Assembly (NCBI RefSeq): GCF_009914755.1
Contig: NC_060929.1
Length of the DNA: 64,000 nt
Origin: the human T2T-CHM13v2.0 reference genome, Homo sapiens
Strand: one strand, 5' to 3'
A program made the translations under genes and the position numbers. Positions 13,110 through 29,725 of the stretch are shown piece by piece. The notes beneath the pieces are model-generated. The model searched no databases. It worked only from the letters and a program-made list of their open reading frames with translations, and was not told where the DNA came from. Each line of letters begins with the position of its first letter. Within the stretch, counting starts at the first letter, position 1.

Positions 13110-15046
13110 TTAAAGATGCAAAAAAAAAAAAAAACTATAGACAGAAATGGGATGAGATGTTTTCTGATTCTTAGATTAGCATTCTGCCTACGAAACTATG
13201 CTACTACTTTATTTAAGAAAATAAATTGTCTTTCCCCAAACGGGAGAAAGAACAGTAACCACATGCAGGGAGTGGTGGGAGGAAAACAAAAGAAAACAAA
13301 ACAAAAAACAATAGGATGGAAAAATACACACTCTGATCCATTAAAAATAGGCCTGTCCATCATGAATAGTTCATAGCTAAAAAAGGAGTCCCATGGTAAC
13401 AGAAGACATATATGTAAAAAGGCTCTACCTGTTTTTGTTCCCCACCTTAGGAACAAAACAAAAATATGTGAAAATGTTTACCACTTTAAAAAAGGAAAAG
13501 GTTGACATTAGCTTTTATTTTAATCCCAAGATATCATCAAGCAAGACATTAGCTTTTTGACCATCCTTGGTGTCCATGTCAGAGTCTTCATGGCACATAA
13601 CGAGCTCAGCTCTAAACCCAAGGTATGAACATAATAAGATGGATAGGAGTTAAAAGATGAGATGGTACAAGTATTCGAGACACTGGGTTCAAGCTCTAGT
13701 ATCACTAGTGTGTTTAAATCTGATTCCTTAAGACACCTAAATCTTTGCAAAGACACAGGATGATCTGCATTTAAAAATCACTTAGTTTTATTTTGTTGAA
13801 TAAAGCCATATACCTTGATAGAACATCTTCAATTAAGTGATGGCTCAGAAACTGTATATGAATTCAGAGAATGTTGAGACCTTAGGCTTCAAAATACTGA
13901 GAATTCAATCTTTCATTTGAAAGAATAATATCTATCCAGTGAAGTTCCAATTATAGATTTCATAATGAATTCTATTTATTGCTTCCTGGACCTGTCAATT
14001 CCATTAATGGATGAATATCTCTTCTGAATCATAACTGAGGAAGAAATGCCACTATTTTACCAATGATATTTATATCAGAAACAATAAGACAATGAGCCCA
14101 TTCTGCTTGTATGCATTGGTCATTTTACGCACATCAATTGGGATTCTGGGAAAAATACTGATATAATAAAAATGCACATGGATATTAAGATAAAATTATA
14201 TGCTTTTCATTTCAGACAAATCAATGGGGGTAGGAGGAAGAATACAGCTCTGATTTTATAGTGCAATGGCTAGCAAGTGGGGTAGTCGGAAAGACAGGAA
14301 CCAATAAATTGTCGCAATCCTACTAATCATACAAAACCAAGATTATAAGGGCAAACACATACAATAAAAATAACTTTATATATGCTTTGAAGCATATTAT
14401 ATTGACTAAAGTATAACATACAAAATAAAAGAACTATACTGGTCTAATTTGGGGATATTAAAATATTACTTGGTTTACATAAAGTACAAACTCTTTTGTA
14501 TTTAAAGAACATAACTCTTGGTTCAAAGACAAAATGCATAAATAAACCAATTAGTTCAAATTTGCTTTGAAAGGCTAAAAAAACTAAACCAAACCTGTTA
14601 CTTAAAATACTTGGTTTGCTCAAGCCAGAGTATACTTAGAGTTTAAGTTTAAAAAGAATGAATTAACAGAACTTTAGGAATATACATTATTCCATCCAAT
14701 AATGAATTCTATGTCTTTTACACCATATTACTGCACTGTACAATCTTTGAAACTTAAAATAATAACTTCAATTTTACTTTTTAAAATGTAGCTCTTTGGT
14801 AAGAATGATTATAAATACCAGGTGAGATTCTTCCCTAGTCCAACATGTGAGAATTTTCAGATACAAAACAAATGTGAAATTTTGGTATCATCTTATTATA
14901 AAACAAACACATTTTGATGACGCTGATATATCTCAAAATATATTTGAAATGCTTCCTTTGGAAATACACATGAAGCGTCATTAGGATATATTCACAATTC
15001 ATTTCAGTCAGTTTTATCCAGTTTAAGTACTTACTACTCAACTTTT

Positions 15047-15682
15047 TACATGTTTTATTTTAGTTTCAGGGCATACATGTGCCGGTTTGCTATATGGGTG
15101 TATTGCACAATGCTGAGGTTTGGACTTCCAGTGAACCCATCAATCAAATAGTGAACATAGTATGCAACAGGTAGTGTTTCAACCCTCATTTCCTTCCCAC
15201 TTCCCCTCTTTTGGAATCCCTAGTGTCTACTGTTTCCATTTTTATTTCCATGAGTACTCATTGTTCAGCTCCCGCTTATAAAAGAACATCTGGTATTTCA
15301 TTTTCTGTTTCTGAGTTAGTTCACTTAGGATAATGGCCTCCAGTTTCATCCATGTTGCTTCAAAGAACATAGTTTCATTCTTTTTTTACGGCTGCATGGT
15401 ATTCTATGGTGTATACATACCACATTTTCTTTATCCAATCAACCACTGATGGCCACTTAGGTTGACCCCATGACTTTGCCACTGTGAATACTGCTTCAAT
15501 AACAGATGAGTGCAGGTCTCTTTTTGATACAATGATTGCCTTTCATTTGGATTGATACCTAATGATGAAACTGCTCAGTCAAGTGGTAGTTCTATTTTTA
15601 GTTCTTTGAGGAATCTCCATACTGTTTTCCATAGGACTGGAAGTAATTTACATCCTCAGCAGTGTATAAGCATTCCTTTCCT
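15047..15682 (-). mobile_element. L1PB/late L1PA 3' end (5'-truncated)
   Basis: tttcagggcatacatgtgccggtttgct...ggataatggcctccagtttcatccatgttg...ctatttttagttctttgaggaatctccatactg. Confidence 0.88.
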
Positions 15683-16254
15683 TTTAAAACATGGCTATTT
15701 CCAAAATATTTAAATCTACACCCAAAGACAGGAATTTGCTATATTAAAATTTTCAGATGACTGTGAACCTTAAAAGCCCTGAAAGTTATTCCAAAAGAAG
15801 AGTTTCAAACTTGCTTTCAACAGTGTTAACAGCACTGAAACATAAAGACAGCCTCTTAAGAGTTATATGGAAAAGCATGTATTCATTTATTTGAAAAAAC
15901 AAAAAAACTACCTTTATCTCTTACACATTTTACAATCTTGACCCTTCATTTTGAACTTTAGATGTAAAAGGCATCAAAAAGAGTTTTACTTTTTTTCATT
16001 TCCCTTGAACGTTTCATTCAAATTATCCGTTTTGGCCAGTAAAACAAAAATATTTCTAATTCTAGAAACTACAAATTTAAAACAAGTCCTATTTAACAAA
16101 GGCATACATGATACCTGTAGACCTGATTTGAGAGGGAAAGACTCTGATTTTTGGAAATGACAGAAAAAGAATTTTAATTTGGGAGAAACCATTAAGCGTC
16201 CATAAAACTTTAAATACACTCACACATAGGCAACACAAATAAATTGCTTACTCT

Positions 16255-17261
16255 GCTGAACTTTCAAAATGTATTTTAATCTCATTCCAAAAAGAAATAA
16301 AATTTCTAGATACAAATACATCTCATTCAAGTCACTTTTTAACATACATTCTGCAACTTAAAATATTATAAGGATTCAATATTTTCATCTTTTATAATCT
16401 CAATATATTATATATTTAATATATAATATATATACAATACATACAGGTAGTCAGCAGGTTTACAAAGTAATTTCTTTAAAGTCTGATCAGTATTGATAAA
16501 TATTTTAGCCTATTAAAAGGAACTAGTTAGGATCACAGAATAAAACAAAATATGGCAGGTCCAAACCTAATGGCAAGATTACAAATGTTCATATGGCCAA
16601 TCATTTTAAAAGAACTCTCAAGTTGGGTGGAATATGTTTTAAAACAATACTCTTGCTATTCTCAAGCAGCAGTAGTTATATATTTTAACCATATTCATCT
16701 CCATTAAATTTAAAATAACTATGCAGCTTTCTTTACTGTAATATACAGTAGCTATCTCTTCCTTTCTGTTGGATTTTATTGTTTCAAGAGTAACTAATAA
16801 ATTACCAACAGAAGAGACTTTAGCCCCTTTCCCTCCCCTAAAGCATGGCTCAGTTTGAAGATTGTTCTATAGGCAGCCACTATGACTATCAACAGTACCA
16901 TAAAACCATTAAAAGCAATCAATAACTAGAGTCATGTGAGATGTTTCAAAGACTGCTGGAGGTTTCTGTAAACCAGGGTAATCAGAAATATTACCCTTGT
17001 AGATAGCCCTCTCATACCAGTAAATACAAAGAGTTAAAATTCCAATGCCACAGTGTAACAGTTAACAATCTATTTTGTAATTTTAAATATTACTACATTA
17101 ATTCACCCTGAGAATACAGAGGAAACATTTAATACAAGACATTCTGATATGTTTTTTTTTTCCCATTGTATTTGCTTTCTTCTGGTTTTCATCAGCCCTT
17201 TAAGGGCACAGATATTTTAATTTAAAGGGTGATTTGGATATGCTTTTTTGTTAACTGAGAT
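16255..17261 (-). other. TMEM161B: TMEM161B 3' UTR (approximate)
   Basis: Unique AT-rich sequence after the stop. Minus-strand AATAAA at 16775-16780 and ATTAAA at 16275-16280; Pumilio-type TGTATATA at 16429-16436. Confidence 0.7.
16275..16280 (-). terminator. Candidate poly(A) signal ATTAAA
   Basis: Plus-strand tttaat, followed on the minus strand by T/GT-rich sequence (aatttatttgtgttg) about 40 nt downstream. Confidence 0.55.
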
Positions 17262-17612
<351 letters not shown>

Positions 17613-18669
17613 CTATATTTGAAATTAACAATATGTTTAGTGGCACAGTACATCATTTTATGTTAAAAATAAAGTAAAATAATAATCCTTCTAGATCTGT
17701 AAAAAATTAACCTGACTAGAGACTATCTGGCCTCATCAGTAAAGGTACACATTAAAGCAAAAAGTCTGATATATTTTTAATTAACTGCACTAAAAATTGG
17801 TAAAATAACAAAACAATTTCCTCATTGTATAAGAAATTAATCAGCTAACTCTACTGGAGTGACAAGGACAGATTCAATAACTTCTGAGAAATCTTTTCTA
17901 CTTCTAGAATATCAAAATAAATTCCTTTCTCAGAAACTATGATTTCAATGTGAAAACCTATTAATAGCTTCCAAAAATTTATTTCATCATATACTTTCCT
18001 ACAGTGGATAGGATATGAGCCACTTAATTTACAATTGAACTACCTATCCCTTTACATTCCGTAGATTCTTACAGGGCACCTATACCTATCATCAAGTCTA
18101 TGACACCTACTAGGTCCATGAAGCCAAATAATGCTTTTAGTTCTTTCAGGTTTCTTAAACCCTAACAGTGGCTGATTGCCTGATCTAAGAAAGGGGAAAT
18201 GATCAATGCAATAATAGACACCTCTTGAATAACACCACCACATGGGGACTTGATAGCTTAGTGAAGAGACTTGTAGAATTTTGTACTGAGAAATCTTCAC
18301 CGTTTCGATGTAAGTTATCTAAACTAGAACTTACCATAGCATTCTGTAATTTATGTAAGTTTATAATTGCCTTGTAATAATTTAAATGTTAGGCAATAAC
18401 AAAACCTTAAATCATCCTCTTATAACATGAAAGTAACTAAGATCAACAGTGCTTACTAAAGTTACTGGGTAAATCTGAGACTTAACCTTTAGTAAACAAT
18501 TCTTGAAGACAAAGCATAAAGTTATAAAACCATGGGCCTGAGTTTTCAAAATGAAGATGATAAATCACCTTCCACAGCTAAAACTTTCCCATGGTTCTTT
18601 TTACAACTTTTAAAAAGAGAAACAATTTTAAGAGTTGCATTTCTTTGTTGGTGACAAAAAGCTTTATTA

Positions 18670-18834
<165 letters not shown>

Positions 18835-19360
18835 TTAAGTGTCTAATGCAACTGACATGTTAGGAGTGAATTAAACTTTCATATAATTGCCATACCAAAA
18901 TACTTAAGAGATAATCCTTTCACAAGAAGGAAGCTAAATGTCAGTAAGTTGTGCTGCATGATACATGTCCCCAAAATGACTTTGGAAAGGGTCAATTTGA
19001 AGACAAGTTTTTAGAACGTGAGAATATTAAAATAGATTCCTTAAAAATAATTCTTAAATGATGTATATATATTGGAGAAAATAATGACTAAGATTCAAAT
19101 GGTATATATTTACTTATATTTCAAAGATAAAACACAATGTAAGGGCATCTACCTAAAATATCCAACTAAATAACAATAGTAGGCAGAGCCACATATGAGC
19201 ATAAATCCCTCATAAATAAAAACATTAAGTCCCCATTCTACATGAACATATTTGAAGTCAAACTATGGAAAATATAAAAATATATAAAAGGTAAAACAGA
19301 AAAAAGTTGTTTAAATCTTAATAAATGCCCCTAACTATGGAGGTGAATCAAAAACTGAAG

Positions 19361-19510
19361 CTGGTTGGGCGTGGTGACTCACGCCTGTAATCCCAATACT
19401 TTGGGAGGTGATGCAGGAGGATTACTTGAGCCCAGGAGTTCAAGACAAGCCTGGGCTACACAGAGAGACCCTGTCTCTACAAAAAATAAAATAACAATAA
19501 TAATAATAAA
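19361..19510 (+). mobile_element. Alu monomer (FLAM-like)
   Basis: Left-arm Alu sequence with A-rich tail. Confidence 0.85.
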
Positions 19511-20011
19511 GCAAGGTAGCCAAAAACCACCTCTCTTAAAAAAAGAATCAGGTTATTGGTCCACTATAGTGGCAGATGGATTCCTTGTCCTTTTATTCTC
19601 TGGAAGCCTCAAATAAATTAAATACTTACATTTCATGTTCAAGTAAATTGAGTAATATTAAAATGAATAAATTTAGCCACTAAAAGTAGTATTTCCTACT
19701 CTTTAAGTCTTAAAGTCTGGACAATATGTTATAATGTCTTTCAAATCAATTAGAAGGGTCCCATTTAGCAATATTAGGCATAAAACAGCTTTGTACCACC
19801 CACTGTATGACACCAAGCACTTAAGGCAGGAAGAGGAATTAAGACCTCACTTGGCACCAAAATCAGATCAAGGTCTCTTTGATATCTGTCAACTTAAGAT
19901 TGTTCTGTTTATTTATAATAAGAATATGATGGGTTGAAATACTATCTACTAAAGGAAACCAATTTTTTTTTTTTTTTACAGTGCGGTTTTTGCTATTTTT
20001 CATTTTGACTA

Positions 20012-20230
<219 letters not shown>

Positions 20231-22384
20231 TCAAAGACAACAATATGCTAGCATGCTCGTTATATGTTAATGGTCACCATATAAGATATAAGAAGTCTAT
20301 ACTTCGCAACAGTTAGACACATAAAAGAATCTGACTCTGCCATAGACTTAACTGTATAATACTTTAACTTGAATAACAGAACTAGATAAATGTATCATGA
20401 AAGCGTAAGAAGTTAACAGGTATCTAGAAGAAAAAAGTAGAGCAATACATGAGATCCTTTTCTCTATATACCCTCCTCCATGGATAAAAACTGGCTGTGA
20501 CATGAAAAGACAAGTTGGGGAAAGAAAGAAAACTGCAGGGATTGCCTGTGGGACTAATCAAGTCAATCACTCAGCATCACTGGTTACAGCTTTGCCTGAT
20601 CATATACCTACTTGGATGGGATCTTTCAATCTGCTGAGCTTTTACTTGGGACCACTGGAAAATCAAAAATTCTGATATATCATGAAGAAATCAGGTGCCT
20701 GAGATTCCTCTACAACAATTCATTTAACTTGCTATGCATTGAAGCTGGCTCGGTTCTGAGCAATTCCTCAAGGTTAAGGTTAAGATTCCAGGTGAAAATA
20801 CATAACGGAAGGACACCATTTCAGAAACCAGACCACTGATGAGGGCTGCTTAAAGAATTTTTAGAAAGAAGAGATAACTTCTGATGTCCTTTTGGTGTTT
20901 AATGTTTTTAAAAGACCATGGGTTTCTGCTCTGATGAAGAACTACATTGCAAGTAATTTGAATGTAGTGACTAGACCACCCTTGGCATCTAGTCTTATAT
21001 CTAGTACCTATCAGGCACTTAAAATGACTATTGTAATGCACAGACTCATTTGCCAGATAAAACCTGGAACTCAGAAGGGTCTCCCTGAAATTCTTAAGAA
21101 CATGACGGTAGAATGGATGCATATAAAGAACAAATGAGAAAAGATTAAAAAAAAAACCCTCATAACTAAAACTACAATATAGGAAAATTTGAAGTGTAAA
21201 ATTTTGCTCGAACTGTTTATGAAATGGAGGTAAGAAATGGGGATGGGACAAAGGCTTTACTATATATACTCTCTCATTTCTTTTTATTAAGTCATGAGGG
21301 GACATGGACATAAAATTTCAATGGAAAAGCAATGTTGGCTAAGAAAGATAAAGGCATAACATTTTATCAACATGTTTCCACTACAATGAACAATGAGATT
21401 TAGGAGCCATCATGTGAGAGTAACAGTACGTAAGACACAAGCCTACCCACAGCCTTGACCCTTTCCTGGGGACCTATAAACAATACTGTGCTCCCTCCAG
21501 TTGTGCAACAAGGACAACTAACTGGGAGCAGCCTGAAGACAGCTATTTCACAGCCTTTGAGGATAACAGGTAACGTGAATGAAAGGAACAGAATAAGGTA
21601 GTGAACTAGAAAATTATTTGTTCAGTTTATGAGTTGAGGATTTAGGATAATAGTCATTAAATAGTACTTTCTAATTAGATTATTCCATACCATCATAAAT
21701 ATCTGAAGAAGTTGATCTGATAGAGTATCTCAAGAAGGAGCATGAGGAGGAGCTTAAAGTATATAGGGAAAGAACAGGCAGAAGAAACCACCTTAAATTC
21801 CTGATGCCATTCTGAGCTTTCCTGTATATGCTGTGTTCTTCTTAGGAGATTATGAGCACACATGGACTCTGTTTACCATATTTTATTTTTTTCAATGCTT
21901 TATCAGAACACATGATGGACTCAAACACATTTCTGGGTTGAAACTACATTATACCATATTTTTGCTTCTGATTACAAAGACCTTTCCACAAACCAATTTG
22001 TCTGTGACAGAAGAAGAACCTGTCACTTTATTTTTCCTTCATCCTACCCTCTTTGATGGGCAGCCATTTTTTCACAATCTATCACATGCATTTTAGATTT
22101 TTAACAAAAATTAAAAACTGCCTCTAATAACTTAACCACGAATTCAAATTAAAGAAGAATAAAAGAGAGCAGAGGTAAAACTATAATTTTGCTTGGAATG
22201 CTTATGAAACAGGTCAGAAATGGGGATGGGACAAAGGGGGGAAAAAGCTATAGAAAGAGAACCTCAGGTCTTTATATACAAACAATATTTTTCCTATAAT
22301 TTAATATACACACAAGGGAAAAGTTCCTTATTCCCATTTCTATTAAATAAAGTATTCATTACTAATAAATCCACATGAAGTTTA

Positions 22385-22615
22385 ATCAGACTGGAAGTGG
22401 GAAGTGAATGTTGGTATAACTACCAAGTGTTTTATGTACACGCGATCTGGCTGAATAACCTTAGTCAAATTATTTAACCTCTGAGCCTGTTATTTCATGT
22501 ATAAAATAGGATGACAACAGCAACAAATGGACAATTACCATAAGAAGATACAATATGTAAAGTATGAATATCTCACATAATAACTGGTATATAAGTGTTT
22601 TATAAATGCTAGTTT
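22385..22615 (+). mobile_element. MIR
   Basis: accttagtcaaattatttaacctctgagcctgttatttcatgtataaaatagg (MIR core). Confidence 0.65.
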
Positions 22616-23069
22616 CCTTATTTTCTCAATTTAACTAAGGCAAATATAAAAATCAGGGAACATAGTTACAGGAGTATGAAATCCAGTTTCCATGACCAAA
22701 ATCTCAAGGAAGGATTGGGAATGCTTTCAGTATCAAAGATATGAATTAGTAGTTTCTCTGAGACTTTTCTAGAACCTTAGATCCTTAGAATTACTTTTCA
22801 ATACTTAGGGAATCTGTCAAGTTAAATTACCATTAAGGTAATTAGTGTGTGTCGGCGGCGGGGAAGCATTACTTTTTCAGTGGCTATTTCCTGGGTTCAA
22901 TAGGATTAACTCTAAAAAGAGAAATTATCATGGTCATCACTGATTTTATATATATTCCAAGACAAACTGGTACCAGGATCTAAAAGAAGGACACAATACA
23001 AAAGGTACACTGCGGAGTCAATGACTAGTCAAGTATTTCTATTTTAATTCTGATGAGGCAAAGCAGTGA

Positions 23070-23275
23070 AAAGAACATTTATTAAGCACTTAATTCCAGC
23101 TGGTTGCATTACATGTGTTCTTTCATTTATTCCAATGATAACCTTGTGAGTTAGATACTATTATCTTCATCTTCCAGATGGGGAAACAGAGGCTCAGTGA
23201 AGTTAAATAATCTGCCTCAAATGAAGATTTTAGTGAGGAGGAGAGCTGGAGTTTGAACCAGTTCTGTCTGAAACT
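23070..23275 (-). mobile_element. MIR
   Basis: cttccagatggggaaacagaggctcagtgaagttaaataatctgcc (antisense MIR core). Confidence 0.75.
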
Positions 23276-24010
23276 TTCTATTACTCTAACAGTTCTACAA
23301 GGCTAACAGATCAAGTCTAGTTATTAATGCCTATTAATAAACTGTTTGTTTCCTCACCATCTTCTTCTGCTAAAATACAGTTGCCTAACTGTAGAAATAT
23401 AAACTAGTATTAGATAATAATATTAAGGTATTAGTATTAGATAACTGTTAGGTACGATGATGTTATTGTTATATAGGAAAATATCCTTTTTTTTTTAGAG
23501 GTGCAAACTAAAGAAAGTACTAAGGGATAAAACTGTTATGTCTCTAATTTACTTCAAAAATCCTTCATCAAAAAACAAAACAAAGAATGGATGAAGCAAA
23601 TATGGAAAATGTTAACAACTGTCAAACATAGGAGTTGAGTATATGAGTTTCCATTTATACTTTTTTCCTCCATAATTTTCAAAATTAAAACAAAAGAACT
23701 CCAGAAGGTATCTGAACAATAGCCACAATGACAACAGAAAAATGATGACGACTGGACATAAAGAGGAGGAAAAAAATAGTGTGTAAGGTAATATTAGTGC
23801 AAGGTAATAATCATTAACATTAACTAATAAAGATCACAAAAATGTTACATGATGGTCTGTAGTTTCAATTTTCTAACACATCTTTTAGCATTCCTATTAA
23901 TGTCTGAAAAATACAGTGTCCTGATTTTATCACTGAAAACGAAATACAGTAAATAACATTTAGTAAAGCAGTTTTGGTGATAAAAATCAGCCCTCAAATG
24001 CCCATACTTA

Positions 24011-24172
<162 letters not shown>

Positions 24173-24797
24173 CTAATAAACTACAGAAGCTGGGGTCTTA
24201 CTAAAATGGAGGTAGGAGCTTATTTGCAGTATTCTACTACTTACGATACTACTGTCACCATCATTTTATATTTATCATTATGATTTAACACTGATTTGAG
24301 CCTGTGAGAAATTATATCATTATCTTAATTTTTCAAATGAGAACATTTAGATACAGAAAAGTTAAATGACTTGCTCTTGGCAATAAGTTAATGTAAATAT
24401 AGGACTAAAATTCAGATTTGTTCACTTCTATTCTAGTATTCTTTAATAATCTCATACTTTATTCCTGATTTAATAAGCAGGTATTTAATGATTCTAACTT
24501 TATATAGTCAACGAATCTAATGGATTTTCAGTACAGAAGAGTCGTCTGATACTTTCTAGGGCAACTGAAACAAAGTGTCTCCTCATTATCTACAAGTAAA
24601 TGATAGTGATTAGCCAGGTCCATATTACTAGAAGGCATATGGCAGACGGAACCTACTGCAACAACCCGCAACTGAGGAACCTTTTAACGTGTAATGATCA
24701 TTTATAATTTTTAACTTCCATTGTTAACAATCGTTAAGTGATTCCACATTTTAATTTCTTTTTGAATGAGTATGAACACACTTGAAATAATTTCCCT

Positions 24798-24800
<3 letters not shown>

Positions 24801-24856
<56 letters not shown>
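24801..24856. repeat. (AT)~28 microsatellite in intron 8
   Basis: Direct reading. Confidence 0.97.
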
Positions 24857-24862
<6 letters not shown>

Positions 24863-26857
24863 TGCATTACTCCTGACAAGGCAATATACCTAATACAGCA
24901 AAGGTTTCAGGTCTGCGCTATAACTTCATTGTTAATTGTCCAAGTTTGTATCCTACAGAGATAGATGGCTGATAAAAATTTTTCTTATTTTAGAAAAAAC
25001 GCAAATTCTTCACCCATTTTATTACCATAAACTGCTTTCATTATCAACCACACTTAAGAGCTAAACTGGAGGGTTCAAAATACACACAAACACCACATTT
25101 TAAAGTATCACTACATAGGCAGACAGTGATCTGTGTGAGTGAACAGGGCTGGGTCAGGAAGCCACAAACACCTAACAGGGAAAGGCAGAACTCCCGCTCT
25201 AACCTCTGATATAAAAACACATCCTAGTGCCTAGCCATGGGGGTGAAGAGAATGCTGCTCTTTGTGCCAGTCATGTTACTCTCACAACAGAACTAGCTTG
25301 CCCACACCCTTGTATCAAGGCAGAGTGCTACAACACAATGAGGGGCTGCAATAAACTGAAAATAAAATAAAACCCCAAATCCCCCAAGGGAAAAAATCTT
25401 AAAATGAAGCCACATTTTACTAAAAAGGACACTAAAATGTGCACTCCACCTCCAACCACCACCAAATGCTTTAAATGTTTTTATAAAGTGATTCTTTCAT
25501 CCCACAGACTGGGTAAACCATCGGATGTGGGGAAGAAAGCAGCAGTATTAGGTATGCAGTGTTGCTAGGGAACACTCTAGTATCAAGGAGCAGCCCACAG
25601 CGGTTTCAGTAGCTTGTGAAGGGCTCCCCTCCACCCACCCTTTTCAGCTTATTTAAATCATAACACTGGGGTTAGTGGACTGAAGTGTGTGTGCAGAGAG
25701 GAGGGGGAGAACCAGGTTTTGTCTTAAAAGAAGCCATTAGGGAGACGGGTGGTGGGAGAAAGACGGGATGCAGCCAAAAGCACACTGAGTAAAAGGAGAA
25801 AAAAAAAAGAAGAGGGATGAAGGAGTGTGTAGTGGGAGGCGATAGTAAGTAAACACATGTACAAAGCTTATGTAGAAAAATGGAAGTGAGGTTAAAAAAA
25901 AAAAGGCAGTCAAAATTAAATTAAAGGGAAATGACAGGTAAGAGAGACAAGAATGTGAAAAGACTAAAGAATCAGCATCATTAAAAATAGGTTTTAAAGA
26001 ATAGAAATGTTAGGAAATAAGATTACCCAGATAAACTTAATGGTTATAAATACACATATCAAAATGAAATATTCTCAAGTTGGGCTTCTACTGCAAAACA
26101 AAACGATGAGACAGGAACTTTGATCTGCATATGATTTGAAGTAGATATAAGCCTATCTTTCTGCCAAGATGTCTACATCAACAAAAAAAAATCTGTGACA
26201 AGCACAAAGAATATAGTAAATGGGCTTTGAACTACATATGAAGATGAAATGTGACTTGTCCAAACTAACATATAACTTCAGAACTAAAATAGAATTTGGT
26301 AGTTAGAAGTAATGTACAACATATAACATTGTAGAGTACTAACAATCCCAAAATAATGTATTATTTTAATAAGAGTCTAATAAGCAGGTCAGTAACTTAA
26401 GGAAAACAAACACCTCTTACATACAACTTTAAGTTTTAAAATGTTTTTAAATAAAATTTTACATTAAAAAGTTAATTTAAATAGATATATATGAAAATTT
26501 AAAACAATATTTTAAAGTAAAATGATCTTATTTTTTAAGGGAAATTTCTATGGATCCTCAGTTTAGTTGTAGAGATTGCAGTATAAGCCCCTGAATTAGA
26601 AATAACATAAATTTTGAGATTTTCATTTTAACAGGTAAGACAAATTTAGTAATCGATGATGTATCTTTTTAAATACAAGACTTAAAATTTAGAAGCAAAT
26701 AAAAGAAACTTGCTTATAGTTGAAAGAGGAAGTAGTGTGACATCAAATGGTTATTAATTTTCAATACAATAATTTATGATTACATTACAATATTATACCT
26801 TCATTAAGATGGAAAACATATATTTATCTGCATGTGCTTATGTACATTTTCCGCTTA

Positions 26858-27034
<177 letters not shown>

Positions 27035-27482
27035 TTATAATTAGCTTTTGAAGAATTTCTTTTCTTCTAATCAATTATCTTACAAATAACAATAACAGTA
27101 AAACAAAGCAAATTTCTACAAAAAGATTGCTATTATTCAAGTACCTATAATGGATTCTGGTGAACTGTAAACTAAATGAGGCATCTCTTTAGTCATAGTC
27201 ACAGCAACCTAACCTACACATTCAACAGGGAATTGACATATAACTTGGATATAAATTTAATCTCTTGAGGGAGAGGAATTTAAGAAATGCAAATTTACAT
27301 AAGAATTCTATAAAAGACACTAACTTTATATAGTCATAAAAATTATGAGTAAGGATGTTTCTAGAAGTGACAGTCCAACTTAAAACTCTTTACTAATTTA
27401 AAACAGCTATTTATAGTAAATACTGCTTTATTAAAAATAGAAAAGGTTAAATTTAAATAATGCTTAATTTTTCAAAAACTTA

Positions 27483-27641
<159 letters not shown>

Positions 27642-28053
27642 TTAAATTTTGAAGTGACTAGCTTAGCTCTTTCATGTGTTAATTAGTATGCCATAATGCA
27701 ATAAAATTTGGTTATTAGCAGGAACAGTCTTTGAAAACGTCCCTTTGATATTTGTACATTCCATGAGTGTGCATAAAATTTGCATTAATTCTTCAACTAT
27801 AAGAGTAAACTTTAGCATTACAGAAACTTATTTAACTGTAAGGAAAAAAACGAGACAGTATTTTTGGAAAAAAACATTAATTAAAAACTTAGCTAAAACA
27901 AAAGCAAAAAATGAAGATCTTAATAATAAAGGTTAATTATTTTGAACATTACAGAGTATACACTTTAAATTTAATTTTAGATATTTATCAGACATAAAAC
28001 TTAAATACTGAAGTCAAAAATATTAACACTAGATAAAGCAAAATTGATTTTTA

Positions 28054-28287
<234 letters not shown>

Positions 28288-29112
28288 TTATAGGACTTGA
28301 TTGCAATAAAATTTGACTACAACATTTATTTCCAAGTGGAGTTTAAAACACTTTTAAATTAAGGAAAAGAGCACCCATATACTAAGTTGTAGCTAGGGAA
28401 TGTATTTCTAGTTTATCTCACTCAAATTTTACTAGAAGGTTATTTCAAGATTTTTATGCAGTATGTTCTCAGTGACATGAAAAGCCAGGGTAGAGGTTAT
28501 TCTAGAGAACTGTCTTTATTAGGCATGTCTGTTAAACCAGTTTACATTTATAATTAAACACATAACACAGGAATCCTCCGTAATAATTCAACAAGTTAAA
28601 ATTTGAGAATTTTACTAGTAGCTATTGTTGATCTGTGGTATGAAAACTAAGTGTCTGGGGTCACCACTTCACATTAGTAATAAGAAAAAATCTTTAGAGA
28701 AAACAAGTTCCAACTGAGTATTCAAAAACAGCAAAAGTTTCAACATGTTCACCTATTAAAATAGGCTGAAGAGATTATCTTATCTGAACCACCCCAACAC
28801 ACACAAATTGATTTAATCAAGGTTAAATCAGTGCATGGCCCAAAGATAGAACTCAGATCTCCATTATACACCAAATTGTTCTCCTTGAAATCGCAAAACA
28901 AACTAAGGTGCTTGGCAAACAAACCTAGAAAAGTAACCTTTACGTAAAGTTTATGTCAAGCATGGAAAATTAACAGCTATCACTTAGTACTTGCCATATG
29001 CCGGGCATTACCAATTAACTTTTAATTCTCACACTAACCACATTATTATTGCTACTTTACAGACATTTTAAAAAACTTAAACAAACAAACAAACAAACAA
29101 AAAACAACTGTG

Positions 29113-29725
<613 letters not shown>

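Noticed and set aside
16403-16432. AT-only hairpin in the 3' UTR
   Set aside because: Low-complexity (TA)-rich sequence, where palindromy is expected
20850-21311. 153-aa minus-strand ORF in intron 9
   Set aside because: No recognisable motif, composition typical of AT-rich intron, and not needed for the TMEM161B frame
27407-27416. Perfect MEF2 site CTATTTATAG
   Set aside because: A few such matches are expected by chance in 64 kb of AT-rich DNA
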